Shown: in pieces, positions 9,691 through 22,110 of the stretch | Numbering within the stretch: the first letter of the stretch is position 1 | How the letters are laid out: each line of letters opens with the position of its first letter | NCBI GenBank assembly: GCA_035456865.1 | Contig: DATICK010000250.1 | Span: forward strand, 1-40,779 | Length of the DNA stretch: 40,779 nt | Direction of reading: 5' to 3' | Source of the DNA: Sulfuricaulis sp. | Lineage (GTDB): Bacteria > Pseudomonadota > Gammaproteobacteria > Acidiferrobacterales > Sulfurifustaceae | Position numbers and translations under genes: made by a program | The notes under the pieces: generated by a model | Told to the model about the DNA's origin: nothing | Database searches by the model: none | What the model saw: the letters and a program-made list of their open reading frames with translations, nothing else

Positions 9691-10506
9691 ACAACTCTAA
9701 TTAACGGCGCGCCCGGAGAAAATATTTCGGTTCACGACCGTGGGTTTCAATACGGCGATGGCCTGTTCGAAACCATGGCGGTGGTGAATGGCGCTCCGCT
9801 TTTGTGGGACAGGCACATGCGGCGGTTATTTCATGGCGCCGCAAGACTTGGCATCCCTGCGCCTTCCGAGGGCCTGTTGCGGCATGAAGCAGAGCACCTC
9901 GGTCGCGGCGTCGAGCGTGCCGTGCTGAAGATTATTCTCACGCGCGGTGTTTCCGGACGCGGGTACGCGCCGGAAAAGCAGGCACGGCCGACACGTACCG
10001 TCAGTCTGTCGCCCTGGCCGGATTATCCAGCCGAACGGCGTACGCATGGCGTTGCCGCGCAGTTCTGCCGTACCATGATTTCGCGGAACCCGGCTACGGC
10101 AGGCGTCAAACATCTCAATCGGATCGAGCAGGTGCTGGCACGCGCGGAACTGGAGCAGGATTGCCGGGAGGGTCTGATGTGCAATGAATTCGGTCAGGTA
10201 ATCGCAGGAACCATGACGAATCTGTTCATCGTGTCCCGGGGCAGGCTGCTCACACCGGATCTGTCGCACAGCGGTGTGGAAGGCGTCATGCGCGGGCTGG
10301 TGCTGGAACGGGCGGTAAAACTGTCGCTGGATGCACGCGTGATGGACATCAACAAGAGCGATGTTTTGCTGGCGGATGAAGTGTTTCTGACCAATAGCCT
10401 GATAGGTTTATGGCCGGTGCGTCGCATCGAAACGAAGGAATTTCCCTTGGGCAGGATAACGCAACGAGTTCAGGAGGCCATTGTCGATGCGTACGCGGCT
10501 GATTAG
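9685..10506 (+). CDS. pabC: Aminodeoxychorismate lyase
   Basis: DRGFQYGDGLFET, GVKHLNR, ADEVFLTNS (class IV aminotransferase fold). GTG start at 9685 after GGAGG. Confidence 0.92.
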   Translation: MSTTLINGAPGENISVHDRGFQYGDGLFETMAVVNGAPLLWDRHMRRLFHGAARLGIPAPSEGLLRHEAEHLGRGVERAVLKIILTRGVSGRGYAPEKQARPTRTVSLSPWPDYPAERRTHGVAAQFCRTMISRNPATAGVKHLNRIEQVLARAELEQDCREGLMCNEFGQVIAGTMTNLFIVSRGRLLTPDLSHSGVEGVMRGLVLERAVKLSLDARVMDINKSDVLLADEVFLTNSLIGLWPVRRIETKEFPLGRITQRVQEAIVDAYAAD

Positions 10507-11530
10507 GCCGGCAATCGGCTTGCTGGTGGTGAGCGCCGTGGCCGCCGTTTATCTATTATGGTCGTGGAATCATTCACTTCTGCCCGGCATGGAGATTTAT
10601 GCGGTCAAGCCGGGCATGACGCTGCGCGCTTTTGCACGCGAGCTGAGCAGCCGTGACGTGCTGCCGGAAAGCCATTCTTTCGTGTGGCTGGCGTATCTTA
10701 CCGGGCATCAACGTGACTTGAAGACAGGGGAGTACCGGTTCCGCAACGGAATGACGGCAAGGGAATTGCTGGACCAGATCGTCGCGGGGCGTGTTGTTGA
10801 ATATCCCCTCGTGCTGGTGGAGGGCTGGACCTTCCGGCAGTTTCTGGATGCGATCGAGGAGGCGCCCAAGCTTACGCGCACGCTCACTGGTTTGTCGCCA
10901 CGCGCCATCATGGAAAGGCTGGGCCATCAAGGAGAGCATCCCGAGGGCCGGTTTTTCCCCGATACATATTATTATTCCTCCGGCCAGACGGAACTCGCGA
11001 TCCTGGCCAACGCCTATGACAAAATGCAGAAGCTGTTGCAGCAGGAATGGGAAAAGCGCGACAACAATCTCCCGTTCAAGGATCCCTACGAAGCGCTGAT
11101 ACTGGCCTCGATCGTGGAAAAAGAAACCGGACGCGCCGATGAACGCCGTATGATCGCCGGTGTCTTCGTCAACCGTTTGCGCCACGGCATGCGGCTGCAA
11201 ACGGACCCGACCGTGATTTACGGCATGGGTGAGTCGTTCGACGGCAACCTGCGGCTTAAGGACCTCAGACGCGACACACCCTATAATACGTACACTCGTC
11301 ACGGTCTGCCGCCCACGCCGGTGGCCATGCCAGGGAAGGAATCGTTACAGGCCGTGATGCATCCGGTGATTACCGGAGCCCTGTATTTTGTCGCTCGCGG
11401 CGATGGAAGCCACGATTTTTCCAGTACACTGGAAGAACACAACAAAGCCGTGATCAAATACCAGCTGAAAGGAAAGCCGCGGACTTCGGTAACGCGCGAT
11501 AAGACGTCCACTGCCATGACAAGCCGGTAA
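10487..11530 (+). CDS. mltG: Endolytic transglycosylase MltG (YceG)
   Basis: EGRFFPDTY, ASIVEKET, LQTDPTVIYG, PYNTY..GLPPTP; N-terminal TM segment. Confidence 0.96.
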   Translation: MRTRLIRPAIGLLVVSAVAAVYLLWSWNHSLLPGMEIYAVKPGMTLRAFARELSSRDVLPESHSFVWLAYLTGHQRDLKTGEYRFRNGMTARELLDQIVAGRVVEYPLVLVEGWTFRQFLDAIEEAPKLTRTLTGLSPRAIMERLGHQGEHPEGRFFPDTYYYSSGQTELAILANAYDKMQKLLQQEWEKRDNNLPFKDPYEALILASIVEKETGRADERRMIAGVFVNRLRHGMRLQTDPTVIYGMGESFDGNLRLKDLRRDTPYNTYTRHGLPPTPVAMPGKESLQAVMHPVITGALYFVARGDGSHDFSSTLEEHNKAVIKYQLKGKPRTSVTRDKTSTAMTSR

Positions 11531-13250
<1,720 letters not shown>

Positions 13251-13268
13251 AGTAAGCATCAACCGCAT

Positions 13269-13676
13269 ATGAACGACAAAACCATTCCACCCATGCCCAC
13301 CGGTGCCACCAAGCCGATGAAACCTACCCCCATTGCGGCCGCCCGGCCCGGGGTATTGTCTCTTACCATCAAGGACAAAAACGCCCTCTATGCCGCCTAC
13401 ATGCCGTTTGTGAAGGGCGGGGGGATTTTCGTTCCCAGTGGTCGGACGTATAAGCTCGGGGAAGAGGTGTTCATGTTGCTGACGCTCATGGATAGCAAAG
13501 AAAAAATTCCGGTCGCCGGACACGTGATCTGGGTCACACCGCCCGGTGCCCAGGGCAGCCGGACTTCCGGCATCGGCATCCAGTTCAGCGAGAAGGACGC
13601 GGGCATCGCGCGCCTCAAGATCGAAGGCATCCTGGCCGGTTCGCTCAATTCCGACCGGCTCACGCACACGATGTAA
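13269..13676 (+). CDS. pilZ: Type IV pilus assembly PilZ protein
   Basis: LYAAYMPFVKGGGIFVP, WVTP, GIGIQF, THTM; usual holB-pilZ-tatD synteny. Confidence 0.92.
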   Translation: MNDKTIPPMPTGATKPMKPTPIAAARPGVLSLTIKDKNALYAAYMPFVKGGGIFVPSGRTYKLGEEVFMLLTLMDSKEKIPVAGHVIWVTPPGAQGSRTSGIGIQFSEKDAGIARLKIEGILAGSLNSDRLTHTM

Positions 13677-13679
13677 CGT

Positions 13680-13779
13680 GAGGCGATCTCAAAAATTCTC
13701 CATCATCTGGCAGCTTGGGGTTATTACACGAACGAACGGTGTTGTGGCACCATAACGCGATCATTTTTGAGATCGCTTC
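13680..13779. repeat. MITE-like palindromic element
   Basis: Perfect 14-bp inverted repeat GCGATCTCAAAAAT (13683-13696) / ATTTTTGAGATCGC (13763-13776), extendable by 3 pairs, with a 66-nt interior. CGTGA occurs at both ends (13677, 13779). Confidence 0.75.
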
Positions 13780-14577
13780 GTGACGCCGCTCGTTGATTCC
13801 CACTGTCATCTGAATTTCGAACCTCTAAACGCCGGTCTGGATGATGTTCTCCAGCGTGCCCGGGACAACGGGGTTGGCCATATGCTGTGCGTGTCGGTCA
13901 CGCTGGAAACCTTTCCCGAAATACGCGCGCTCGCGCACGGTCATCCGCACGTGTTCGCCTCCGCCGGCGTGCATCCCAACGAAACCGAGGGACGTGAGCC
14001 CACGGTCGATGATCTGGTCGGCCTGGCAAAAGACGAAAGAGTGGTGGCGATCGGTGAAACCGGATTGGATTACTATCGCAGTCATGGCGACATGGCATGG
14101 CAGCAGGAGCGGTTCCGCCGCCACATTCGTGCCGCAAAACAATCCGGCAAGCCGCTGATCATCCACACCCGCGAAGCCGCGGACGATACCTTGCGGATCA
14201 TGCGCGAGGAACGCGCAGCTGACATTGGCGGCGTGATGCACTGCTTCACGGAAAGCTGGGAGGTCGCGCGTGCCGCGCTCGATCTGAGTTTCCATATTTC
14301 CTTTTCCGGGATCATTACTTTCCGCAACGCCGAAGCCCTGCGCGAAGTCGCAAGACAAGTTCCGGAAGACCGGTTGCTGATCGAGACCGACGCACCTTAC
14401 CTGGCACCGGTGCCGTTTCGCGGCAAGACCAACGAACCGGCTTTCGTGCGCCACGTCGCGGAATGCGTGGCCAAGGTGCGTCAGTCCGACATGGATTCCA
14501 TCGCCGATGTAACCACGCGCAATTTCTTCTCTTTGTTCCGTCACGCCGTACCGGTCAGCACGAGCGACGCCGTTTAA
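13780..14577 (+). CDS. tatD: TatD/YcfH family metal-dependent DNase
   Basis: DSHCHL, GVHP, GETGLDY, HTREA, HCF, ETDAPYLAP. Confidence 0.94.
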   Translation: MTPLVDSHCHLNFEPLNAGLDDVLQRARDNGVGHMLCVSVTLETFPEIRALAHGHPHVFASAGVHPNETEGREPTVDDLVGLAKDERVVAIGETGLDYYRSHGDMAWQQERFRRHIRAAKQSGKPLIIHTREAADDTLRIMREERAADIGGVMHCFTESWEVARAALDLSFHISFSGIITFRNAEALREVARQVPEDRLLIETDAPYLAPVPFRGKTNEPAFVRHVAECVAKVRQSDMDSIADVTTRNFFSLFRHAVPVSTSDAV

Positions 14578-14695
14578 GGAAAGATTCTCCACCGTTTTTA
14601 CTGTGTGCCGCGATTTGCTCGGCACGGCGTAATCCGTTACATTGGTTCGGCGATACGATGCCGACGAAACCGCGGCGTCGTTAAGGAGATCCTGC

Positions 14696-16648
14696 ATGGC
14701 GACTACTCACGCCGGCGATGGCAAGCAAGTTTTATACGGAGTCAGCCCGCTCACCGACCACGACGTCTATCTCTTCCGTCAGGGGCGACACTCCCGTCTG
14801 TACGAGAAACTCGGCGCGCATGTGATGAGCGTGAAGCACGTCACTGGCGTGCATTTCGCCGTGTGGGCGCCGAACGCGCGCGCGGTTTCGGTGATCGGCG
14901 ATTTCAACGGTTGGCGTCCGGGCTCGCATCCACTGCATTCGCGCAAGGACGGCTGCGGCATCTGGGAGGGTTTCATTCCCGGTGTCGTGGCGGGCGCGCA
15001 TTACAAATACCATCTGACGTCGCAAAACGGAAAATACCACGTCGAGAAAGCCGACCCGTTCGCCGTGCGCACCGAAACGCCGCCGCGCACGGCGTCGGTA
15101 GTATGGAGCCTCGACTACCAGTGGGCCGATGATCAATGGATGCGGACACGCAGCGAGGCGAACGCGCTCAACGCACCGATGTCGATCTACGAAGCGCATC
15201 TCGGATCGTGGCGACGTGTGCCGGAGGAGGACAATCGTTCCCTCAGTTATCGCGAACTCGCCGTACAGTTAACGGATTATGTTCGCGACATGAATTTTAC
15301 GCATGTCGAGTTGATGCCGATAACGGAACATCCTTTTTACGGATCCTGGGGTTACCAGACCACGGGTTACTTCGCGCCAACCGCGCGCAACGGCACGCCG
15401 CAGGATTGCATGCACCTGGTCGATTGTCTGCACCAGAATAATGTGGGTGTGATTCTCGACTGGGTGCCGTCACATTTTCCGACGGATGAACACGGGCTTG
15501 TATATTTCGACGGAACCTATCTGTTCGAACACGCCGATCCCAAGCTGGGTTATCACCCGGAATGGAATTCGAGCATTTTCAATTACGGACGCCACGAGGT
15601 GCGCTCGATCCTGACCTCCAGTGCGCTGTTCTGGCTCGACAAGTACCATGCCGACGGTCTGCGCGTGGATGCCGTGGCTTCCATGCTGTATCTCGATTAC
15701 GCGCGTGAGGCTGGCGAGTGGATTCCCAACGAATACGGCGGCAGAGAGAATATCCAGGCCGTCCAGTTTCTGCGCGATCTGAACGAAGCCGTTTACCGCG
15801 ATTTCCCGGGCGCGCAAACCATCGCCGAGGAGTCCACGGCCTGGCCCATGGTATCGCGCCCAACCTATCTCGGTGGACTGGGGTTTGGCCTGAAATGGAA
15901 CATGGGTTGGATGCACGACACGCTCAACTATTTCGCACTCGATCCGATCTATCGGAAGTATCATCACGATCAACTGACCTTCAGCATCTGGTATGCGTTT
16001 CACGAGAACTTCATATTGCCGTTCTCCCATGATGAAGTGGTGCATGGAAAGGGTTCGCTGCTCGGCAAGATGCCGGGGGACAATTGGCAAAAGTTTGCCA
16101 ATCTGCGCCTGCTGTTCGGCTACATGTACGGTCACCCCGGCAAAAAGCTGTTGTTCATGGGCGGTGAGTTCGGACAGTGGCGTGAATGGAATCATGATCA
16201 GAGCCTCGACTGGCATCTGCTCGAGCACGCTCCGCATCAGGGGATACAACGCTGGATGCAGGACCTCAATCACCTCTATCGCGTCGAGCCCGCGTTGTAT
16301 ACACGCGATTTTGACATGAGCGGTTTTGAATGGGCTGACCTGCATGATTGGGAGCACAGCATCATCAGTTTCTGTCGAAAGAGCGCGAACCCGGACGACA
16401 TTATTCTGGTGGTCTGTAACTTCACCCCGGTGCCGCAAGCCAATTATCGCGTGGGCGTGTCGCGTGGCGGTTTCTGGAGCGAGGTACTTAATAGTGATGC
16501 GGTTACCTATGGCGGCAGCGGCCAGGGCAATCTGGGCGGCGTGGAGGCAGCGCCGGTTCCGGCACACGGCCGGTATTACTCCCTTTTGTTGACATTGCCC
16601 CCGCTGGGGGTGATTTATTTCAAAGCGCCGCGTGCGCCGGCTCACTGA
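14696..16648 (+). CDS. glgB: 1,4-alpha-glucan branching enzyme (GH13)
   Basis: [44 protein letters not shown] 14696 after AAGGAG. Confidence 0.96.
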   Translation: MATTHAGDGKQVLYGVSPLTDHDVYLFRQGRHSRLYEKLGAHVMSVKHVTGVHFAVWAPNARAVSVIGDFNGWRPGSHPLHSRKDGCGIWEGFIPGVVAGAHYKYHLTSQNGKYHVEKADPFAVRTETPPRTASVVWSLDYQWADDQWMRTRSEANALNAPMSIYEAHLGSWRRVPEEDNRSLSYRELAVQLTDYVRDMNFTHVELMPITEHPFYGSWGYQTTGYFAPTARNGTPQDCMHLVDCLHQNNVGVILDWVPSHFPTDEHGLVYFDGTYLFEHADPKLGYHPEWNSSIFNYGRHEVRSILTSSALFWLDKYHADGLRVDAVASMLYLDYAREAGEWIPNEYGGRENIQAVQFLRDLNEAVYRDFPGAQTIAEESTAWPMVSRPTYLGGLGFGLKWNMGWMHDTLNYFALDPIYRKYHHDQLTFSIWYAFHENFILPFSHDEVVHGKGSLLGKMPGDNWQKFANLRLLFGYMYGHPGKKLLFMGGEFGQWREWNHDQSLDWHLLEHAPHQGIQRWMQDLNHLYRVEPALYTRDFDMSGFEWADLHDWEHSIISFCRKSANPDDIILVVCNFTPVPQANYRVGVSRGGFWSEVLNSDAVTYGGSGQGNLGGVEAAPVPAHGRYYSLLLTLPPLGVIYFKAPRAPAH

Positions 16649-16659
16649 GCGACGCGGCC

Positions 16660-18672
16660 ATGACCAAAACCCGATCACCCGATGCGTTGATTTCCACCGA
16701 CGGAAGATGCCGCGCGGTGATCGAGAATGTGCGGCCGGAAGTGGACAACGGTCGCTATCCCGTCAAACGCGCCGTGGGCGAGCCGGTGACGGTCGAGGCG
16801 GACGTGTTCGTGGACGGACACGACAGGATTACCAGCCTCCTGCTTTACCGACGCGAGGCGGATCGCGAATGGTCCGAGGTTCCCATGGTTCCGCTCGGCA
16901 ACGATCGTTGGCGCGCGACCTTCCAGCCGACCGAGGTCGGTCGTTATCGTTATACGGTCATGGCCTGGGTCAATCACTTCAGGTCCTGGTGCCATGACCT
17001 GACGCGGCGACCCGATACCGATCCAGACATCAAAATGGTATTCCTTGCCGGGGCCGACCTCATCGCCCAAACCGTTGCGAATACCACCGGTCGTGACGTG
17101 GAACACCTGACGGCGATCGCGCGAACCCTGAGCGGCGCCATCACCGTGGCGGAAAAACGCCGCGTCGCGTTGGATGAAGAGACGGCGAAACTGATGGACC
17201 GCCACGCCAAGCGTCGTTTTGCCACACGCTATGAGAAGGAGCTGGCTCTGGCGGTGGACCGCGAGCGCGCCCGATTCAGCACCTGGTACGAATTCTTTCC
17301 ACGCTCCTGCTCCGGCGACAGGCACGGAAGTTTCCTCGACTGCGAGGCGCGCCTGCGTTACGTCGCCGCCATGGGGTTCGACGTGGTTTACTTGCCCCCG
17401 ATCCATCCCATCGGCCAGTCCTTCCGGAAGGGCTCCAATAATACGCTGACCGCCAATCCCGGAGATGTCGGCAGCCCGTGGGCGATCGGCGCGAAGGAGG
17501 GTGGGCACAAGGCGGTGCATCCCGAACTTGGCACGCTCGAGGATTTTCGCTGGTTCGTGGTTAAGGCCGGGGAACACGGTCTGGAAGTCGCCCTGGACAT
17601 CGCCTTTCAGTGCTCACCGGATCATCCGTACGTCCGCGAACACCCGGAATGGTTTCGCCGGCGTGCGGATGGCAGCGTGCAATACGCCGAGAACCCGCCC
17701 AAGAAATACCAGGATATCTATCCTTTCGACTTTGAAATCGAATCCTGGCAGGAGCTGTGGCACGAGCTCAAGAATGTCGTGGAATTCTGGATCGAGCAGG
17801 GCGTGCGCATCTTCCGCGTGGACAATCCGCACACTAAACCGTTCGCGTTCTGGGAATGGCTGATCGGCGAGATCAAGCGCGCCCATCCCGATGTACTGTT
17901 CCTGTCGGAAGCGTTCACCCGGCCCAAGGTCATGCATCGCCTGTCCAAACTCGGGTTCACGTATTCCTATACCTATTTCACGTGGCGCAATACCAAGCGC
18001 GAGCTCACTGATTATTTCACCGAACTGACCCGGCTCGAGGGCCGTGATTATTTCCGTCCGCACGTTTGGCCGAACACGCCCGATATCCTCAATGAGTATC
18101 TGCAGTTCGGCGGCCGTCCGGCATTCATGGTGCGTCTGGTGCTGGCCGCGACGCTGGCGGCGAACTACGGCATCTACGGTCCGGCATTCGAGCTGGCCGA
18201 AGGCCGGCCGCGCGAGCCCGGCAGCGAGGAATACCTGGATTCGGAAAAATACCAATTGCGCCAATGGGACCTGGATCGGCCCGACAGTCTGCGCGATTTC
18301 ATCGCGCGCGTGAACCGCATCCGGCGCGAAAACCCGGCGTTGCAGTACGATTGGAACCTGCATTTTCACGCCGTCGACAACGACAAGCTGATCTGCTACA
18401 GCAAGGCCAGCGAAGACCGGAACGACACCATTCTGGTGGTTGTCAACCTGGACCCACATCATCGCCAGTCCGGATGGGTCGAGGTGCCGCTCGACGCCTT
18501 GAACATACACGGCGGGCAGTCATACCAGATGCATGACCTGCTTACCGACGCGCGATTTCTCTGGAACGGCCCGCGCAACTACGTCGAGCTCGACCCGCTC
18601 GAGGCGCCGGCGCATATTTTCCGCTTGCGGCGCCGCGTGCGCTCGGAGCATGATTTCGATTACTTCATGTAA
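16660..18672 (+). CDS. glgE: Alpha-1,4-glucan:maltose-1-phosphate maltosyltransferase
   Basis: WYEFFPRS, YAENPPKKYQDIYP, FRVDNPHTKP, EAFTRP, PNTPDIL. Confidence 0.96.
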   Translation: MTKTRSPDALISTDGRCRAVIENVRPEVDNGRYPVKRAVGEPVTVEADVFVDGHDRITSLLLYRREADREWSEVPMVPLGNDRWRATFQPTEVGRYRYTVMAWVNHFRSWCHDLTRRPDTDPDIKMVFLAGADLIAQTVANTTGRDVEHLTAIARTLSGAITVAEKRRVALDEETAKLMDRHAKRRFATRYEKELALAVDRERARFSTWYEFFPRSCSGDRHGSFLDCEARLRYVAAMGFDVVYLPPIHPIGQSFRKGSNNTLTANPGDVGSPWAIGAKEGGHKAVHPELGTLEDFRWFVVKAGEHGLEVALDIAFQCSPDHPYVREHPEWFRRRADGSVQYAENPPKKYQDIYPFDFEIESWQELWHELKNVVEFWIEQGVRIFRVDNPHTKPFAFWEWLIGEIKRAHPDVLFLSEAFTRPKVMHRLSKLGFTYSYTYFTWRNTKRELTDYFTELTRLEGRDYFRPHVWPNTPDILNEYLQFGGRPAFMVRLVLAATLAANYGIYGPAFELAEGRPREPGSEEYLDSEKYQLRQWDLDRPDSLRDFIARVNRIRRENPALQYDWNLHFHAVDNDKLICYSKASEDRNDTILVVVNLDPHHRQSGWVEVPLDALNIHGGQSYQMHDLLTDARFLWNGPRNYVELDPLEAPAHIFRLRRRVRSEHDFDYFM

Positions 18673-18683
18673 ACGCAACGGCC

Positions 18684-21600
18684 ATGGACCAGAAGCTTAA
18701 ACAGCATTTGACGGTGCTGGTGGATGATCCGCTCTGGTACAAGGACGCCGTTATCTACGAGCTTCATGTCAAGGCGTTCTTCGACAGCAACAACGACGGC
18801 GTCGGCGATTTCCCCGGACTAACCTCCAAGCTCGATTATCTCCAGGAACTCGGCGTCAATACGCTCTGGGTGTTGCCGTTCTATCCTTCGCCGATGCTCG
18901 ACGACGGCTACGATATCTCCGACTACCGCAATATCCACCCGGACTACGGCACGCGCAAGGATTTTACGACCTTCGTGCGCGCGGCGCACGAACGCGGGCT
19001 GCGGGTCATCACCGAACTCGTGATCAACCACACCTCCGACCAGCACCCGTGGTTTCAGGCGGCGCGGCGCGCCCCACCGGATTCCCCCAAGCGAAATTTC
19101 TATGTCTGGAGCGAAACCGCCAAGAAATTTCCCGAGACGCGCGTGATCTTCACCGATACCGAGAAATCCAACTGGGCCTGGGACGATGTGGCCAAGGCCT
19201 ACTACTGGCACCGTTTCTTTTCGCATCAGCCGGATCTCAACCACGACAACCCGCAGGTGGTGAAGGCCGTTACCCGCGTGATGCAGTTGTGGCTGGATCA
19301 GGGTGTGGATGGCCTGCGCCTCGACGCGATTTCCTACCTGTGCGTGCGCGAGGGCACCAGCAACGAAAACCTGCCCGAAACTCACGCCGTGATCAAACAG
19401 ATGCGTGCAGTCATCGACAAACATTATAGTAACCGCATGTTTCTGGCCGAGGCCAATCAATGGCCGGAGGACGTGCGCGACTATTTCGGCTACGGCGATG
19501 AGTGCCACATGGCTTACCACTTCCCGCTGATGCCGCGCATGTACATGGCTATTGCGCAGGAGGACCGGCATCCCATCACCGAGATCATGCAGCAGACGCC
19601 GGATATCCCCGTGAACTGCCAGTGGGCGATTTTCCTGCGCAACCACGACGAGCTGACGCTCGAGATGGTGACGAGCAAGGAGCGTGACTACATGTATCAG
19701 ATGTACGCCGCCGACCCGCGTTCCCGGTTGAACCTGGGGATACGCCGCCGCCTTGCGCCGCTGATGGACAACGATTTCGACAAGATCCGCCTGATGAACA
19801 GCCTGCTGCTGTCCATGCCCGGCTCGCCGATCATTTATTACGGCGACGAGATCGGCATGGGCGACAACATTTATCTGGGCGATCGCAACGGCGTGCGCAC
19901 TCCCATGCAATGGAGCCCGGACCGCAACGCGGGTTTTTCACACGCCGATCCCCAGCGCCTGTATTTGCCGCCGATCATGGATCCGGTGTACGGGTTCGAG
20001 GCGGTCAACGTGGAAGCGCAGTCGCGCGATCCCTCGTCGCTGCTCAACTGGATGAAACGTCTGCTCGCCGTACGCAAAAGCAGCAAGGCCTTCGGGCGCG
20101 GCACGCTGGAGTTCCTCCAGCCTGGCAACCGCAAGATACTCGTCTATCTGCGCAAACATGGGGAGGAGACCATTCTTTGTGTCGCCAACCTTTCGCGAAC
20201 GGCGCAACCGGTGGAGCTGGACCTTTCCCGCTACAAGGGTTGCGTGCCCATTGAGCTGTTGGGGCGGACGGCTTTTCCTCCCATCGGCGATCTTCCCTAT
20301 CTGCTCACACTGCATGGGCATGGCTTCTACTGGTTTCGACTGGCCAAGGGCGAGGAGGTGCCGTCGTGGCACGAGGAGCGTTTGCCGCGCGAGGAACCTC
20401 CGCTACTGGTGTTGTTCGACGGTTGGCGCAGTTTCTTCCGTGATCGAGTGGTGCCATGGCGCATCGCCATGGCGGAGAAGGTGCGGGCGCAATTTGAGGA
20501 GGAGGCGCTGCCACGTTTCATATCGACCCAGCGCTGGTATGCGGCCAAGGGCGAGCCGGTGCGACGCGCGGCGCTCATGGAACATGCCGAGTGGAGCGAG
20601 GACCTCGCCAACTGGTTCATGGCGTTGTTCAAGGTAGAGAGCGCCGCGGGCGAACCCTCGATGTACTTTCTGCCGCTTTCGCTGGTGTGGGAGAACGATC
20701 CGGAGGAGCGCCAGCGTGGCCTGATGCCCGTTACCGTAGCCCGGGTGCGCCAGCAAGCGCGCGCCGGTTTCCTGGGGGACGCCTTTGCCGATGAGATGTT
20801 TTGCCGTGCCGTGGTGCAGGCGATCGGATCGTCCCGGGAATTGACGGGCACATCAGGGACCATCAGATTTATACCGACGAGCGTCTTTCAGGATCTGGCT
20901 GGCGGGTCGGTGGCGGAGCTTTCCATACGGCAGCCCGGCGCCCAGGGCAGCAACACCGCCGTCATACTCGGTGACCGCCTGTTCCTTAAAGGCTATCGCC
21001 GCCTGCATACCGGCGTGAATCCGGAAGTTGAAATCGGCCGATTCCTCACCGAGGTGGCGCATTTCCCCAACATTGTCCCTGTCGCCGGAGCAGTTGAATA
21101 TGTGGCGAATGACGGCGCCCAGATGAGGCTCGCCGTGCTTCAAGGGTATGTTGGAAACCAGGGAGATGGGTGGAGTTACACGCAGAATTACCTCGATCGT
21201 TATCTGGAGCAGCATCGCGTGCCGACCGAAACACCCACGTCGCCGAGCGAAGCCCATGGCGGTTATCTCGCCTTGGTGCAGATGCTTGGTCGGCGCACGG
21301 CCGAACTGCACAAGGCGCTGAATATCGTTACCGGAGACCCGGCGTTTGATCCCGAAAATCTCGAGTCACACGATACGACAACATGGATGAAGCAGGTGCG
21401 CGACGAGGCGGAAGCCACTCTGGACATGCTGCAGCAACGGCTGGATGCGCTACCGGAAGCGGCACGCGCCGACGGGGAATCGCTGCTTGCGCAACGCAAG
21501 ACGGTTCTCAAGCGAATTGAAGAAAGCACACCCGCTCACATGAAAGCCGTCAAAACGCGTTACCACGGAGATTATCATCTGGGCCAGGTGCTGCTCAAGC

Positions 21601-22001
21601 AGAACGATTTCATCATCATCGATTTTGAAGGCGAGCCGGCACGACCGTTGGCGGAGCGCCGTCACAAGCATTCACCGCTCAAAGACGTGGCGGGTATGTT
21701 GCGTTCTTTCAATTATGCCGCCTACACCGCCTTGTTCCGTTTTTCCTCCGAACGGCCCGAAGGCTCCCCTGCCATCGAATCGTCAGTGCGGGAGTGGGAA
21801 GCGGAAGTCACGAGCGCTTTCCTCCGGTCATATGAACAGCATGTACGTGATTCCGGTCTGTACGCCGACTGGGACGAAGCGCGTTTGTTGCTGGATTTAT
21901 TTATGCTTGAAAAGGCTTTCTACGAACTACGTTACGAGCTGAATAACCGTCCGCTGTGGGCGCCCATTCCGTTGCGGGGAATTCTGGGGCTCAACGGGTG
22001 A
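18684..22001 (+). CDS. treS: Trehalose synthase / maltokinase (TreS-Mak) fusion
   Basis: N-terminal WYKDAVIYE, FLRNHDELTLE, DRNGVRTPMQW. C-terminal kinase with HGDYHLGQVL, IIDFEGEP, DVAGMLRSF. Confidence 0.95.
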   Translation: MDQKLKQHLTVLVDDPLWYKDAVIYELHVKAFFDSNNDGVGDFPGLTSKLDYLQELGVNTLWVLPFYPSPMLDDGYDISDYRNIHPDYGTRKDFTTFVRAAHERGLRVITELVINHTSDQHPWFQAARRAPPDSPKRNFYVWSETAKKFPETRVIFTDTEKSNWAWDDVAKAYYWHRFFSHQPDLNHDNPQVVKAVTRVMQLWLDQGVDGLRLDAISYLCVREGTSNENLPETHAVIKQMRAVIDKHYSNRMFLAEANQWPEDVRDYFGYGDECHMAYHFPLMPRMYMAIAQEDRHPITEIMQQTPDIPVNCQWAIFLRNHDELTLEMVTSKERDYMYQMYAADPRSRLNLGIRRRLAPLMDNDFDKIRLMNSLLLSMPGSPIIYYGDEIGMGDNIYLGDRNGVRTPMQWSPDRNAGFSHADPQRLYLPPIMDPVYGFEAVNVEAQSRDPSSLLNWMKRLLAVRKSSKAFGRGTLEFLQPGNRKILVYLRKHGEETILCVANLSRTAQPVELDLSRYKGCVPIELLGRTAFPPIGDLPYLLTLHGHGFYWFRLAKGEEVPSWHEERLPREEPPLLVLFDGWRSFFRDRVVPWRIAMAEKVRAQFEEEALPRFISTQRWYAAKGEPVRRAALMEHAEWSEDLANWFMALFKVESAAGEPSMYFLPLSLVWENDPEERQRGLMPVTVARVRQQARAGFLGDAFADEMFCRAVVQAIGSSRELTGTSGTIRFIPTSVFQDLAGGSVAELSIRQPGAQGSNTAVILGDRLFLKGYRRLHTGVNPEVEIGRFLTEVAHFPNIVPVAGAVEYVANDGAQMRLAVLQGYVGNQGDGWSYTQNYLDRYLEQHRVPTETPTSPSEAHGGYLALVQMLGRRTAELHKALNIVTGDPAFDPENLESHDTTTWMKQVRDEAEATLDMLQQRLDALPEAARADGESLLAQRKTVLKRIEESTPAHMKAVKTRYHGDYHLGQVLLKQNDFIIIDFEGEPARPLAERRHKHSPLKDVAGMLRSFNYAAYTALFRFSSERPEGSPAIESSVREWEAEVTSAFLRSYEQHVRDSGLYADWDEARLLLDLFMLEKAFYELRYELNNRPLWAPIPLRGILGLNG

Positions 22002-22110
22002 AATCGCGTAGCATTCACACGGTATGAACACACCGGGTGGATAACACGGGCCGATCGGTGCATGGTCGTTCGACATTAATTTTCGACAGACGGCGTAAAA
22101 GGAGGAAGTC

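Noticed and set aside
14605-14680. Short hairpins between tatD and glgB
   Set aside because: Stems of only 5-6 bp without a U-tract; expected by chance at this GC content.
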